64,000 nt of DNA from Candidatus Latescibacterota bacterium (GTDB lineage Bacteria; Latescibacterota; UBA2968). Location of the stretch: the NCBI GenBank assembly GCA_965116885.1, contig OZ220741.1, positions 4,128,001 through 4,192,000 of the forward strand, read 5' to 3'. Position numbers and translations under genes: made by a program. Under the pieces are notes generated by a model. That model was given only the letters and a program-made list of their open reading frames with translations. It searched no databases and was not told the DNA's origin. Shown piece by piece: positions 8,895 to 18,991 of the stretch. How positions within the stretch are numbered: position 1 is the first letter of the stretch; every line of letters begins with the position of its first letter.

Positions 8895-10043
8895 GTGAAT
8901 CATCTCGTGAAACAGATTACTTGTATGGCACCCGGGGCTATTGAGACTGTGGAGTCTTTGTTAGATGACAGAGCCGTACGGTCTGTTTTTATTGTGGCTG
9001 ATCGCACAGCCTACGATGAATCCGGTGCAAAAATGTATATAGAATCCGCATTACAGGGGCGCGTCCAGGCCATCTTTAATGATTTCGCGCCCAATCCCAA
9101 ATACGCCGATGTGATACGCGGTGTCAAATTCTGGCACGCACATCCATGTGATATAATGATTGCTATAGGTGGCGGGTCTGCAATTGATATGGCCAAGCTC
9201 ATTGGCATTTGCGGTACACATCGCGGACAATACCGCGAACTTCTCACAGGGAATATACCGATTCGGGATAAGGTCGCACCATTAATCGCCATTCCCACCA
9301 CAGCGGGTACGGGGAGTGAAGCGACGCATTTTGCTGTGGTTTATGTCGGGGAACAAAAATATTCCGTTGCACATGCCAATGTGCTGCCCGACTACGCAAT
9401 TATCGATTCCAATCTGACGGCCAATTTGCCAGCTTCTATCACCGCACATACTGGCCTGGACGCACTGTCACAGGCTGTTGAATCTTTGTGGAGTGTGAAT
9501 GCAACCGCGCAATCGCGTATTTTTGCAAGTGAAGCCCTGACGCTGGTGCTCGATAATCTCGAGGCCGCTGTTCACCGTCCCACACCCGATGTGCGCGCCA
9601 ATATGTGTCGCGCAGCCCATCTATCGGGCAAAGCGATCAATATCAGCAAGACCACAGCGCCTCACGCGATTTCCTATACGCTTACATCTCAATTTGGCGT
9701 GCCTCACGGTTTGGCTGTGGCTCTGACATTGGGGGCAGTTTTAATATACAACAATGGGGTAACCCGTGGTGATTGTTGGCATCCCAAAGGTGTTGCTCAA
9801 GTTCAGAAAGACATCAGAGACATCAACAGGCTGATAGGGGTTGCGAGCTCTGAAGAAGCGCGAAAACACATTGACGGTCTCATCAGCGCCATTGGTTGTC
9901 CAACCCACCTGCGACAGGTCGGCGTGGATACCGATGCAGACCTGGAAATACTTGTGCAGAATGTCAATACAGAACGTCTAAAAAACAATCCCCGCGCCCT
10001 GTCGGAGTTTGAGTTAAGACGAATACTCAAAGAAATCCATTAG
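8895..10043 (+). CDS. Iron-containing alcohol dehydrogenase, phosphonoacetaldehyde reductase-like
   Basis: GGGSAIDMAK, IPTTAGTGSEAT, DALSQAVES, TTAPHAISY, PHG; adjacent to phnX. Confidence 0.8.
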   Translation: MNHLVKQITCMAPGAIETVESLLDDRAVRSVFIVADRTAYDESGAKMYIESALQGRVQAIFNDFAPNPKYADVIRGVKFWHAHPCDIMIAIGGGSAIDMAKLIGICGTHRGQYRELLTGNIPIRDKVAPLIAIPTTAGTGSEATHFAVVYVGEQKYSVAHANVLPDYAIIDSNLTANLPASITAHTGLDALSQAVESLWSVNATAQSRIFASEALTLVLDNLEAAVHRPTPDVRANMCRAAHLSGKAINISKTTAPHAISYTLTSQFGVPHGLAVALTLGAVLIYNNGVTRGDCWHPKGVAQVQKDIRDINRLIGVASSEEARKHIDGLISAIGCPTHLRQVGVDTDADLEILVQNVNTERLKNNPRALSEFELRRILKEIH

Positions 10044-10131
10044 AGGTATTACGGCAGAGGCTTTAAGAGAGGTTGAGACAACACACGCTCACCAGATACG
10101 GTCACTCCGAACAACGGGTAAGATACGCCTT

Positions 10132-11535
10132 TTATACTGTAAATTCCGGTCGGCCGAGGGCATCGGTGGAGTTTTGGCGCTGGTAGATGGGGATTTCACC
10201 GCTGGCATCTTCGAGAATGCGGCGTTTTGCCCGTTCGATTCTCTCTGCGGCTCTTTCGGCGATGTTCTGGGTGCAGCCCGGGTCTGATTCCAGGTCGAAG
10301 ACGCGAGGCCCAGAAAAGTCTGCCTGAGAAAAGAACCATGTGGTCTGGTCTTTGTACCAGACGGAATTGCCGTATCGGCATGTCAGATAGTCTCGCTCGC
10401 TGAATGTGCCCGAGGATTCAACGATGGGTAGCAGGCTCTGTCCGCCGATTTCTCCGATTGGTGCGACGCCGGCAATATCGAGCACTGTTGCGGGTATGTC
10501 GAGGGTATAGACAAAGGCGTCGGAGATGGTTCCGGCGCCTTTGTCTTGTGGATGTCGCAAGATCATCGGGATGCACATGGTGCCCGGATACATGTAGTCT
10601 GCGGGTTTGCCGATTATGCCTTCGGTATTGTCGGCGAAATTTGTGCCGTGGTCGCTGAGAAAAATGACCATGGTATTGTCTCGCAAGCCCACTCTGTCAA
10701 TTGTATCGACCAATCGTCCAAACCAGGTATCCACCATTGTGACGAGTCCGGCATAATTGGCGCGAATAGAAGCGAGCCGATCGCCGTAGTCGGGATTGGC
10801 GCTCAAGGGACCATAAGGCACGTTGAGACAGATGGGTACTCTATCTTCTCGGCTACCATACAGGTCGTAGTAGTGGAGCGGTGCTTCCCATGTTTCGTGG
10901 GGGGTAAAGCTATCGACGTAGAGGTAAAAGGGCGTGTTTGAAGCGTTTTGCTCCAGAAACTCAATGGCAGCGCGAAACGTCCTCGCTGCGGGCCATGTCT
11001 CTTCGGGACGCTGGGGTTGCACATTGACCAGATGGGCGCGGATCAGGTTCTCGGCCTGTCCCTTTCGGAGTTTATAGCATCCGATCAATGCCGGGTCCGC
11101 TGCGGCTATGGCGCGATAGCGGTCCTCTGCCTGGCCGCGAATGAATTGCCATTGGCGGAAGCCCCGCGTAAAATTCATTCCAGGGACAAAGTAATGGGGG
11201 ACATCGGCAAAGAATCCGGTGTGATAACCAGCCTGCACGAGGGCTTCGGCGATTGTACCTTCATCACCCGACATGGGCTGCCATCCGGCGAGATAGACAT
11301 TGTCCCAGGGAACGGGGGTATAGTCTTTGAAGGGGAAGGCTCGGCGCCCGGTGTGAAGGGTTCGCCGCGTCGGAATGGTGGGCAGACACTCGGGATGGGC
11401 ATTGGTGAAGCGCACGCCTTCTTGGGCAAATTGGTCGAGGTTCGGCGTGTGGATCCAGTCGTTTCCATAAGCACCCAGGAATGATGTGCGAAATGTATCG
11501 GCTACGATGACGACAATGTTCATAGGGTCTGACAT
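10132..11535 (-). CDS. Sulfatase-like/alkaline phosphatase superfamily hydrolase
   Basis: NIVVIVADTFR, TPNLDQFAQEG, TIPTRRTLHTG, FLSDHG. Confidence 0.85.
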   Translation of the reverse strand: MSDPMNIVVIVADTFRTSFLGAYGNDWIHTPNLDQFAQEGVRFTNAHPECLPTIPTRRTLHTGRRAFPFKDYTPVPWDNVYLAGWQPMSGDEGTIAEALVQAGYHTGFFADVPHYFVPGMNFTRGFRQWQFIRGQAEDRYRAIAAADPALIGCYKLRKGQAENLIRAHLVNVQPQRPEETWPAARTFRAAIEFLEQNASNTPFYLYVDSFTPHETWEAPLHYYDLYGSREDRVPICLNVPYGPLSANPDYGDRLASIRANYAGLVTMVDTWFGRLVDTIDRVGLRDNTMVIFLSDHGTNFADNTEGIIGKPADYMYPGTMCIPMILRHPQDKGAGTISDAFVYTLDIPATVLDIAGVAPIGEIGGQSLLPIVESSGTFSERDYLTCRYGNSVWYKDQTTWFFSQADFSGPRVFDLESDPGCTQNIAERAAERIERAKRRILEDASGEIPIYQRQNSTDALGRPEFTV

Positions 11536-11583
11536 TGAGAATTCTCCTTTGGAAAGAGCTGCGTGTAAAAGTGTTAAAACTGT

Positions 11584-12621
11584 TTATCCAGGTGTATTTG
11601 GTTCATTTCCCCAGGGGAATGATTCCACTCGTAGAAATCGGTCCACATCTGACAGGGCGATTTTCGCACCCCTTTGTTTTGAGGAGTGGTGGATGGCAAA
11701 TCCGATCTCTGTGGCTCTGCGCGCATGATTGATGTCACAGGCCGTGCGATTACCCGTTTTAATAGCTTGCACGAGGTCGCGCACCATTGCAGGTCCCGTC
11801 GGCCACGGGTCTTCGTCTGTGGGAAGGCTGAGGGACTGGTACACATCTTCTCGACAAAAATAGGCCTGTGTTGCGTCAGAGAGAATGGATAGATGACCTT
11901 TTGTTCCAGTGATTTGAAAACTGGGGCCTTTGCCGCCATCCATTGTGATATAGGCGACTACATCGTTATCCAGACCAATTTGAGCACGTGCAGGCGGGTC
12001 GAGTTTGCGGCGTTCATCGTCCGAATCGCCGTGGTCAATCAGACCGCTGATCCATAAGGGTTCGGGATCGCCCAATAAGCCCAGCAAGGCGTCGTACCAA
12101 TGACAACCGTGGTTGATGGTGTTGGGTAGGCCATAAGCGACGAGACTCGTGATGGTTCCGATCAGATCGCTCATGTTCTCGCGAAGGTGGCGATAGGGGA
12201 GAGACCAGCGCCGGTCAAGGCCAAAGCAGAGGGGGATGTCTGCACACGCAGATATAATGCGATCCATTTCTGCAAGAGTGGTGGTCAGAGGCTTGTCGCA
12301 GAGGATACCCCGAACGCCTGCTGCGGCAGCGCCTTCAATCTGATCGGCGTGCATGGTCTGGCGCGTGGCAATGCAGAGTACATCTGGTTTGATCTCTTTG
12401 AGCATGTGTTGATAGTTCCCAAAGGCTGGGATATCGCCCCAAACGTCTCGCCAGCAGGTGACAAATTCCGCTCGCGTTTCCGCGCCGTAATCGAATACAC
12501 CAACGATCTCAGTTTCCGGAATGGCTCGAAAAGCCGCGGCAAAATTGTGATGGGTCAAATCGTGTAGCAGCATGCGGTGGCAGCCCGCAATGGCGACTCT
12601 CAGTGTATTTTTTTTAGCCAT
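11584..12621 (-). CDS. Gfo/Idh/MocA family oxidoreductase
   Basis: LRVAIAGC, CDKPL, GCHWYD. Confidence 0.85.
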   Translation of the reverse strand: MAKKNTLRVAIAGCHRMLLHDLTHHNFAAAFRAIPETEIVGVFDYGAETRAEFVTCWRDVWGDIPAFGNYQHMLKEIKPDVLCIATRQTMHADQIEGAAAAGVRGILCDKPLTTTLAEMDRIISACADIPLCFGLDRRWSLPYRHLRENMSDLIGTITSLVAYGLPNTINHGCHWYDALLGLLGDPEPLWISGLIDHGDSDDERRKLDPPARAQIGLDNDVVAYITMDGGKGPSFQITGTKGHLSILSDATQAYFCREDVYQSLSLPTDEDPWPTGPAMVRDLVQAIKTGNRTACDINHARRATEIGFAIHHSSKQRGAKIALSDVDRFLRVESFPWGNEPNTPG

Positions 12622-12810
12622 CTCAATGGCCCTCCTGTAAACGTATTTTACGTATCGAAATCCAAAGTAATATATCCCGCAACAAGAGTAAAGAACTGAA
12701 ACACCGTAAATGCCAAACGAGATTCAGGACTTGCTCCACCCATGATTTTGCTTATTTTTGTACGCGATATATTTCAGAAGTAATCACCTCAATATTTGGA
12801 GTGTTATAAT

Positions 12811-13251
12811 ATGGCAGTTAAACAGTTTGAACCCAGAGAAGCAAAAACCGCGATGGATGAAGCGGAAAACTCGGTTTATCTCGATGTGCGCACGGAAATG
12901 GAGTTTGCCCAGGGGCATCCCGAGGGTGCTGTCAATATCCCCATTGCAGTTCCCGGCCCGGGGGGAATGGTACCAAATCCCGATTTTTTGACTGTTGTGC
13001 AAAAAACACTGCCCGATAAAGAACAGCCTATTTTTTGTGGCTGCCAGAGCGGGATGCGTTCCCAGATGGCTGCGGATTTGATGGCGCGGTTGGGGTATTC
13101 AAATTTGGCCAATGTTCAGGGCGGCTTTGGCGGAAAAGTCGAAAATGGCGTTCTCGTCGTGGTGGGATGGCGCGATTCCAATTTGCCTGTCGAAACCGAT
13201 GTCAATGATTCCAACTCTTATGCGAGTATTAAAGCGCGGGCAGAGTCGTAG
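12811..13251 (+). CDS. Rhodanese-like domain protein
   Basis: LDVRTEMEFAQGHPEGAVNIP, CQSGMRS, NVQGGF. Confidence 0.9.
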   Translation: MAVKQFEPREAKTAMDEAENSVYLDVRTEMEFAQGHPEGAVNIPIAVPGPGGMVPNPDFLTVVQKTLPDKEQPIFCGCQSGMRSQMAADLMARLGYSNLANVQGGFGGKVENGVLVVVGWRDSNLPVETDVNDSNSYASIKARAES

Positions 13252-13299
13252 AGAATTGTTAGAACACACAAAACCATCAGGTGTTTCATTTGATGGAAA

Positions 13300-14385
13300 A
13301 TGGAATATGAATCCTGTTCAATATTGTGGCAGAGGCACTTACGAGTGATAAAGCCAAAGGACACACAAACGCGCGAGGCATTTGTTGCAGCAGCAGATTT
13401 GCAGGCCAGTACTCAGGTCTTGGATCTCGGCTGGGAGGGAGACTGTCTCGAATGCTTGCGGGAAACAGGTGCTCGGGTGACTTTTGTGGGGGAGGATATT
13501 CGCACTGTGCAAAAAGCAGAAGCACTTGGGATAAACGGGGTGCTCAGTGCAATGCCTGCGCAGGTGATTTCCGACGCGCGTGTCGTATTTTACAAACCCG
13601 CACAGAGATCTGCCAAAGGTCAGGTATTTGAATGGATTGATCAGAGCTTTCAGGCACTTGAAATAGGTGGCAAACTTTATCTGGCGGGTCAGCGAAATCG
13701 AGGCATTAGAAGTTATGCCACGTATTTACATGCGGTTTTTGGCAATAGCAAGCGCGCAGGGCGCGTGGGCAGAGTGGAAATTTATAGCGCGAATAAGGAG
13801 AGGAATGATCCACGCCAGGCACCGGTTGACAATCGAATGACATTTGAATTGTGCGATTTGCCGGGCAGTCCATATCGCGTTGAAACCCGTGCGGGCGTTT
13901 TTTCACGGGATGGACTCGATAATGGGACGAGGTTGCTGATCAATTGCCTGAAAGTCCGTCCTGCAGACCAGGTGCTGGACTGGGGGTGTGGCTGGGGCGC
14001 ACTCGGCATGGTTGCTGCGCGTCTATCTGTAAAAGGTAGCGCTACACTTGTCGATTCGAATATTCGCGCTGTTTCCTGCGCAGAGGAAAATTTGAAACGC
14101 AACCAGATTTGCAATGCGGTAGTGCGAGTGGGAGATGCTCGCATTGGGGATCGGCGTGAGAAATTCGATCTTATTGTTTCCAACCCGCCCTTTCACGATG
14201 GCAATGCTGCGGCACACCCCCTTATTGAAGGTGCTTTTCGGGCATTGAGACCGGGAGGGCGTTTGATGCTTGTTGTGATGCGTCCAGCAGCGTATTTAAA
14301 ACACATTCGCACGGTATTTGGACAGGGGAAGATCATGGCGCAACAAGATGGATATGTCGTTCTCGAGGCCCATATTGGGAACTAA
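13300..14385 (+). CDS. RsmC/RlmG-like (MTS family) SAM methyltransferase
   Basis: GVFSRDGLDNGTRLL, LDWGCGWG, SNPPFHDG. Confidence 0.85.
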   Translation: MEYESCSILWQRHLRVIKPKDTQTREAFVAAADLQASTQVLDLGWEGDCLECLRETGARVTFVGEDIRTVQKAEALGINGVLSAMPAQVISDARVVFYKPAQRSAKGQVFEWIDQSFQALEIGGKLYLAGQRNRGIRSYATYLHAVFGNSKRAGRVGRVEIYSANKERNDPRQAPVDNRMTFELCDLPGSPYRVETRAGVFSRDGLDNGTRLLINCLKVRPADQVLDWGCGWGALGMVAARLSVKGSATLVDSNIRAVSCAEENLKRNQICNAVVRVGDARIGDRREKFDLIVSNPPFHDGNAAAHPLIEGAFRALRPGGRLMLVVMRPAAYLKHIRTVFGQGKIMAQQDGYVVLEAHIGN

Positions 14386-14437
14386 TGTATCACACAGGCG
14401 TTTATCGCAATGAAGTATAAGGTCTGATAGTTGGAAA

Positions 14438-14507
14438 CGGGTTTCCGCAAGTGTGCGGTCTGGTTCCCTCCCACCAGATTGGGCGCCTCGCGGAAGCCCG
14501 CTTTTTT
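14438..14507 (+). ncRNA. Candidate structured RNA or extended terminator hairpin
   Basis: CGGGTTTCCGC...GCGGAAGCCCG outer stem, inner TCTGGT/ACCAGA stem with a C-rich loop, then T6. Confidence 0.35.
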
Positions 14508-14557
14508 GTGGTTGACACATCCATTTTCAGAGCGTTAATTCTCTCCCGCCAAAAGGC

Positions 14558-14586
14558 TTGACAGCCCGGAACTCCGGTTGTATTCT
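14558..14586 (+). promoter_or_regulatory. Sigma70-like promoter of the second molybdoenzyme operon
   Basis: TTGACA-17 bp-TATTCT. Confidence 0.65.
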
Positions 14587-14679
14587 TAACTTCTCAGAAA
14601 AATTCAAAAGCATCCGCAGATAAATGGGTAATGGACGCAGATTAAATCTGTGGTTTTAATAAAAAAGAGGAGGAAAATT

Positions 14680-15555
14680 TTGAACGCATTTGATTATGAA
14701 GCACCCCAGTCTGTAGATGAAGCTATTTCTCTGCTCAGCGCGGGAAATGGCAATGTCGGCATTCTGGCGGGCGGCACGGACTTGATCGCGCAGTTGAAGG
14801 AGGGGCGCAAGATCGATTTGATGATCGATCTCAAGCAGATTCCCGAAGCAACGGCGTTGAGTTTTGATGAGGATAGCGGTTTGTCTATTGGCGCAGCAGC
14901 ATCTTGCTCCAAAATTTACAGTTACGATGTTGTCCAAAGCCGTTATCCCGCGCTTGTAGATTGTACTTCGCTCATCGGTTCTATTCAGATTCAAAACCGC
15001 GGATCTATTGGAGGCAATTTCTGCAATGCCTCGCCCGCAGCGGACACCCCGCCTGCTGTCATTGTCCTTGGCGGCACATGTCGTATTGCGGGGCCAAATG
15101 GTACGCGAGAAGTTGCTGCAGAGGATTTCTTTACTGGTCCCGGGCAAAGTGTTCTTCAATCCGGCGAGTTTCTCATTTCTATTCAGGTACCAACTCCGGC
15201 TGCCAATTCGGGAGCGTTTTTTCTGCGATTTATTCCGCGCAATGAAATGGATATTGCCGTGGCCAATGCTGCGGCCTCTGTGGTTTTGGACAGCGATAAA
15301 GCGACTATTCAAGAGGCGCGGGTGTCAATTGGAGCCGTCGCCCCCACCCCCTTATTCGTTGCCGATGCAGGCGCAGCACTTGAGGGGAAATCAGTGGATG
15401 ATGAAGACGCAATAGAAGCGGCGTGTGCGGCATCGCGCGCAGTAGCCAGACCAATTAGCGATATGCGGGGAACTATCGAACAGCGGATTCACCTGTCCGG
15501 CGTTTTGACACGCCGCGCCATTCAGGGAGCCATTCAGAGAGCAAAGGAGTCTTAA
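14680..15555 (+). CDS. CoxM-like FAD-binding subunit
   Basis: LAGGTDL, GSIQIQNRGSIGGN, ASPAADTPP; TTG start after GAGGAGG. Confidence 0.92.
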   Translation: MNAFDYEAPQSVDEAISLLSAGNGNVGILAGGTDLIAQLKEGRKIDLMIDLKQIPEATALSFDEDSGLSIGAAASCSKIYSYDVVQSRYPALVDCTSLIGSIQIQNRGSIGGNFCNASPAADTPPAVIVLGGTCRIAGPNGTREVAAEDFFTGPGQSVLQSGEFLISIQVPTPAANSGAFFLRFIPRNEMDIAVANAAASVVLDSDKATIQEARVSIGAVAPTPLFVADAGAALEGKSVDDEDAIEAACAASRAVARPISDMRGTIEQRIHLSGVLTRRAIQGAIQRAKES

Positions 15556-15559
15556 TCGC

Positions 15560-16036
15560 ATGCCAGGAAAAGTTCACGTTACAACGACAATCAATGGAGA
15601 ATCGGTCGAGTTTTTGTGCGAACCTCGGCAGACAATTCTCGAAGTTTTGCGGGATCAACTCGATCTTACGGGCACGAAAGAGGGTTGCAGCAATGGCAAC
15701 TGCGGCGCGTGTAGCATACTCGTCAATGGAGAGGTTATCGATTCTTGCCTGATGATGGGCGTAGAAGCCGAAGGGCAGGAACTCACGACTATCGAAGGTG
15801 TTGCAACTGCCGATGGCTTGCATCCTCTTCAGCAGCAATTTCTCGAACACGCAGCCCTTCAGTGCGGCATTTGTACGCCGGGCTTTATTGTGGCCGCCAA
15901 GGCATTGCTCGATCAAGAGTCTGATCCTTCGGAAGAACGCATTCGGTTATACTTAGCGGGGAATTTGTGCCGTTGCACGGGGTATGACAAAATCGTTCGC
16001 GCGGTGCAAGACGCCGCGTCTGAAATGGCCGAATAG
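15560..16036 (+). CDS. CoxS-like [2Fe-2S] subunit
   Basis: GCSNGNCGAC, QCGICTPG, GNLCRCTGY. Confidence 0.95.
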   Translation: MPGKVHVTTTINGESVEFLCEPRQTILEVLRDQLDLTGTKEGCSNGNCGACSILVNGEVIDSCLMMGVEAEGQELTTIEGVATADGLHPLQQQFLEHAALQCGICTPGFIVAAKALLDQESDPSEERIRLYLAGNLCRCTGYDKIVRAVQDAASEMAE

Positions 16037-16051
16037 GGAGGTGATCCCATA

Positions 16052-18346
16052 ATGGCGACAAAAACAGAAGATTATCTGGGGATTACGGATTACAAAGTTA
16101 TTGGCACCCGTCCGATTAGACACGATGGCGTCGATAAAGTCATCGGACGAGCCAAATACGGTGCAGATATCGATATGGCGGGTATGTTGCACGGGGCAGT
16201 TGTGCGCAGTCCGCACGCGCATGCGCGGATCAAATCGATAGATACCAGTAAGGCGGAAGCGCTTGCAGGTATAAAAGCCGTGATCACGGTTGAAGACCTG
16301 CCATTGCAAGAAGACAAAATTGAAGACCTGGGTGAAGGCGCTGCCAATCTCCAGCATCTGCGCGCAAATGTACTGGCCGATGGCAAGGTATTGTACCACG
16401 GGCATGCAGTGGCTGCGGTTGCGGCAACAGATATTCACACGGCGCAAGAAGCCGTCGATTTAATCGATGTCGAATACGAGGTGCTACAACCCGTTTTGAC
16501 TGTACAGGAAGCCATGAAAGAGGACGCGCCTCTACTTCTGGAAAACCAGACCACTGAGTCGCTGGGCGAAGATACGGGACAAAAGAGCAATGTGTGTACC
16601 CATTTTCGCCACGAATTGGGCGATGTGGAGAGGGGATTTGCAGAGGCGGAACTCGTCATTGAGCGAGAATTTGATACTGCGACGGTTCACCAGGGGTATA
16701 TTGAACCCCAAAATGCCACAGCCTTGTGGAGTGCCGATGATCAGATCACGGTGTGGTGCAGCACTCAGGGCGCATTTACAGTGCGCGAACAGACCGCGCA
16801 GATATTGGATGTGCCGGTTTCACAGGTCAAAGTCGTTCCCATGGAAATTGGCGGTGGATTTGGGGGAAAAATTCGGATTTATCTCGAACCTCTGGCTGCG
16901 GTTCTGTCGAGAAAAACGGGACGCCCTGTCAAGATGGTCATGAGTCGCACAGAAGTTTTGCAGGCTACTGGACCAACCGCTGGCTCTTTTATCAAGTGCA
17001 AAATGGGGGTTGACAAAGCGGGGAAGATTGTTGCTGCATATGCGTATATGGCGTATGAGTCGGGTGGTTTCCCCGGCAGTTGGGCAGCGCCAGGTGCCAT
17101 GTGCATTTTCGCACCCTACAATATTCCCAATGTGTTGATTGACGGGTACGAGGTGCTGGTCAATAAACCGCAGACCATGGCTTATCGAGCACCAGGTGCG
17201 ACCAATGCCGCTTTTGCTTCAGAAACGATTATCGACGAGCTTTGCGAGCAATTGGGTGTTGACCCACTCGAGTTTCGGCTCAAAAACTCTGCCAGAGAAG
17301 GCACGCGTCGCGCAGACGGTCCGGTTTATCCGCGAATAGGTAACGAGGAATGTGTCAAAACAGCCCTGTCTTCAGAGCACTACGCGACGCAACTCAGTGG
17401 TAAAAACCGCGGGCGCGGGATTGCTTCGGGTTTCTGGTTCAACGTGGGTTTGAAGTCGAGTGCGGCTGCCAGTGTAAATTCCGACGGCACGGTCAGTCTG
17501 GTCGAGGGCTCTACGGATATTGGCGGAACCCGAACGTCTATTGCGATGCAATTGGCCGAAGTACTCGGTATCCGGGCCGAAGATGTCAAGCCACAGGTGG
17601 CTGATACGGATTCTATCGGCGATACAGATGTGACCGGGGGAAGTCGCACGACGTTTGCTACAGGGTGGGCGGCCTATCAGTGCGCCCTGGATATCAAGGA
17701 GCAGTTGATTGAACGCGCGGCAAAATTGTGGGAGATCTCGACTGATGATGTGGTTTTTGACGATGGCACATTTTCTTCATCTGATTCTTCTAAAACTTTC
17801 TCGTTCAAAGAATTGGCCGGAATGCTTGACGAAACCGGTGGTCCCGTTATGGGTAGAGCAACCGTAAATCCGTCCGGCGTGGGCGGAGCTTTTGCGGTAA
17901 TGATTGCCGATATTGAGGTCGATACGGAAACGGGTAAAGTGGAGATCTTGCGCGTCTCTGTGATTCAAGATGCTGGCAAGGCTGTTTATCCCAGTTACGT
18001 CGAAGGACAAATGCAGGGAGGCATAGCGCAGGGCATTGGCTGGGCACTCAACGAAGAATACGCCTATAATCGGGATGGACTTTTGACAAATGCGAGTTTA
18101 CTCGATTATCGGATGCCCACATGTCTCGATTTGCCCATGATCGAAACCCATATCGTCGAAGTGCCAAATCCCGGCCATCCCTATGGTGTGCGAGGGGTGG
18201 GGGAAGTGCCGATTGTTCCACCTGCTGCTGCAGTTGCAAATGCGATTTACGATGCTGTGGGTGTGAGAATGACAAATTTGCCCATGTCGCCAGGCGAAGT
18301 TCTCAAGGCATTGTGGGCAAAAAATGGAGGAAATGGGACAGCCTGA
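16052..18346 (+). CDS. CoxL/XdhA-like molybdopterin-binding subunit (not form I CODH)
   Basis: GGGFGGK, AYRAPG active-site loop, GVRGVGEVP. Confidence 0.92.
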   Translation: MATKTEDYLGITDYKVIGTRPIRHDGVDKVIGRAKYGADIDMAGMLHGAVVRSPHAHARIKSIDTSKAEALAGIKAVITVEDLPLQEDKIEDLGEGAANLQHLRANVLADGKVLYHGHAVAAVAATDIHTAQEAVDLIDVEYEVLQPVLTVQEAMKEDAPLLLENQTTESLGEDTGQKSNVCTHFRHELGDVERGFAEAELVIEREFDTATVHQGYIEPQNATALWSADDQITVWCSTQGAFTVREQTAQILDVPVSQVKVVPMEIGGGFGGKIRIYLEPLAAVLSRKTGRPVKMVMSRTEVLQATGPTAGSFIKCKMGVDKAGKIVAAYAYMAYESGGFPGSWAAPGAMCIFAPYNIPNVLIDGYEVLVNKPQTMAYRAPGATNAAFASETIIDELCEQLGVDPLEFRLKNSAREGTRRADGPVYPRIGNEECVKTALSSEHYATQLSGKNRGRGIASGFWFNVGLKSSAAASVNSDGTVSLVEGSTDIGGTRTSIAMQLAEVLGIRAEDVKPQVADTDSIGDTDVTGGSRTTFATGWAAYQCALDIKEQLIERAAKLWEISTDDVVFDDGTFSSSDSSKTFSFKELAGMLDETGGPVMGRATVNPSGVGGAFAVMIADIEVDTETGKVEILRVSVIQDAGKAVYPSYVEGQMQGGIAQGIGWALNEEYAYNRDGLLTNASLLDYRMPTCLDLPMIETHIVEVPNPGHPYGVRGVGEVPIVPPAAAVANAIYDAVGVRMTNLPMSPGEVLKALWAKNGGNGTA

Positions 18347-18388
18347 TTTGTGTGTTTCTGAATAGACATCCAATCCAAAGGGGGTAAC

Positions 18389-18982
18389 ATGAATCGAGTG
18401 ATTTCAATATTAGCTGCCTGGGGACTGGCAGCCCTGATGGTGCTGTGTGTTCCTCAGATGGCCAATGCCCTGGGATTGGGGGTCAAAGCGGGCGTAAGTC
18501 TGACGCGCGAACAGCAGTTTGACACCTTTTATGGCATGGGGGGGCAATTTGACTCTCACCGATGGATGCTTGGAGGCAATCTCGATCTGGGATCAGTTAT
18601 ATTACCCAAATTGCATCTGCTGCCTGGCATGGATATCGCGGTACAAGAAAATTTGCGCGTTTATGTCGTCAATCTGGATGTCGTTTACTTTTTTCATCAG
18701 ACTCCGGTCAGTCGGGCCTATGTTGGCGGTGGTTTTGGAACCCACTTCTTTCGCCCCAAAACAGCGTCCATAGAGCCAGATCCAGTAGTAGAGGCGTCGG
18801 AAGATATCGTCCTTGAGAGCCCGCAAAACGACACCAAAATCAGCGTAAATTTGCCCTTGGGGTATCGGCGCAAATTGGGGCCGGGGTTGTCCTGGTTTGG
18901 CGAAATAAAACTCATCATTGCCGACGATGAGAAAGATAGCGCATTGCAATTCACAATTGGTTTTCACTTTGGTAACGAATAG
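18389..18982 (+). CDS. Secreted small outer-membrane beta-barrel-like protein
   Basis: Signal peptide ending ANA; alternating beta strands, YVGGGFG, C-terminal IGFHF. Confidence 0.6.
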   Translation: MNRVISILAAWGLAALMVLCVPQMANALGLGVKAGVSLTREQQFDTFYGMGGQFDSHRWMLGGNLDLGSVILPKLHLLPGMDIAVQENLRVYVVNLDVVYFFHQTPVSRAYVGGGFGTHFFRPKTASIEPDPVVEASEDIVLESPQNDTKISVNLPLGYRRKLGPGLSWFGEIKLIIADDEKDSALQFTIGFHFGNE

Positions 18983-18991
18983 GAAGGATTT

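Noticed and set aside
14680..18346. Aerobic CO dehydrogenase coxMSL
   Set aside because: The active-site loop is AYRAPG, not AYxCSFR (form I) or AYRGAGR (form II), and there are no cox accessory genes
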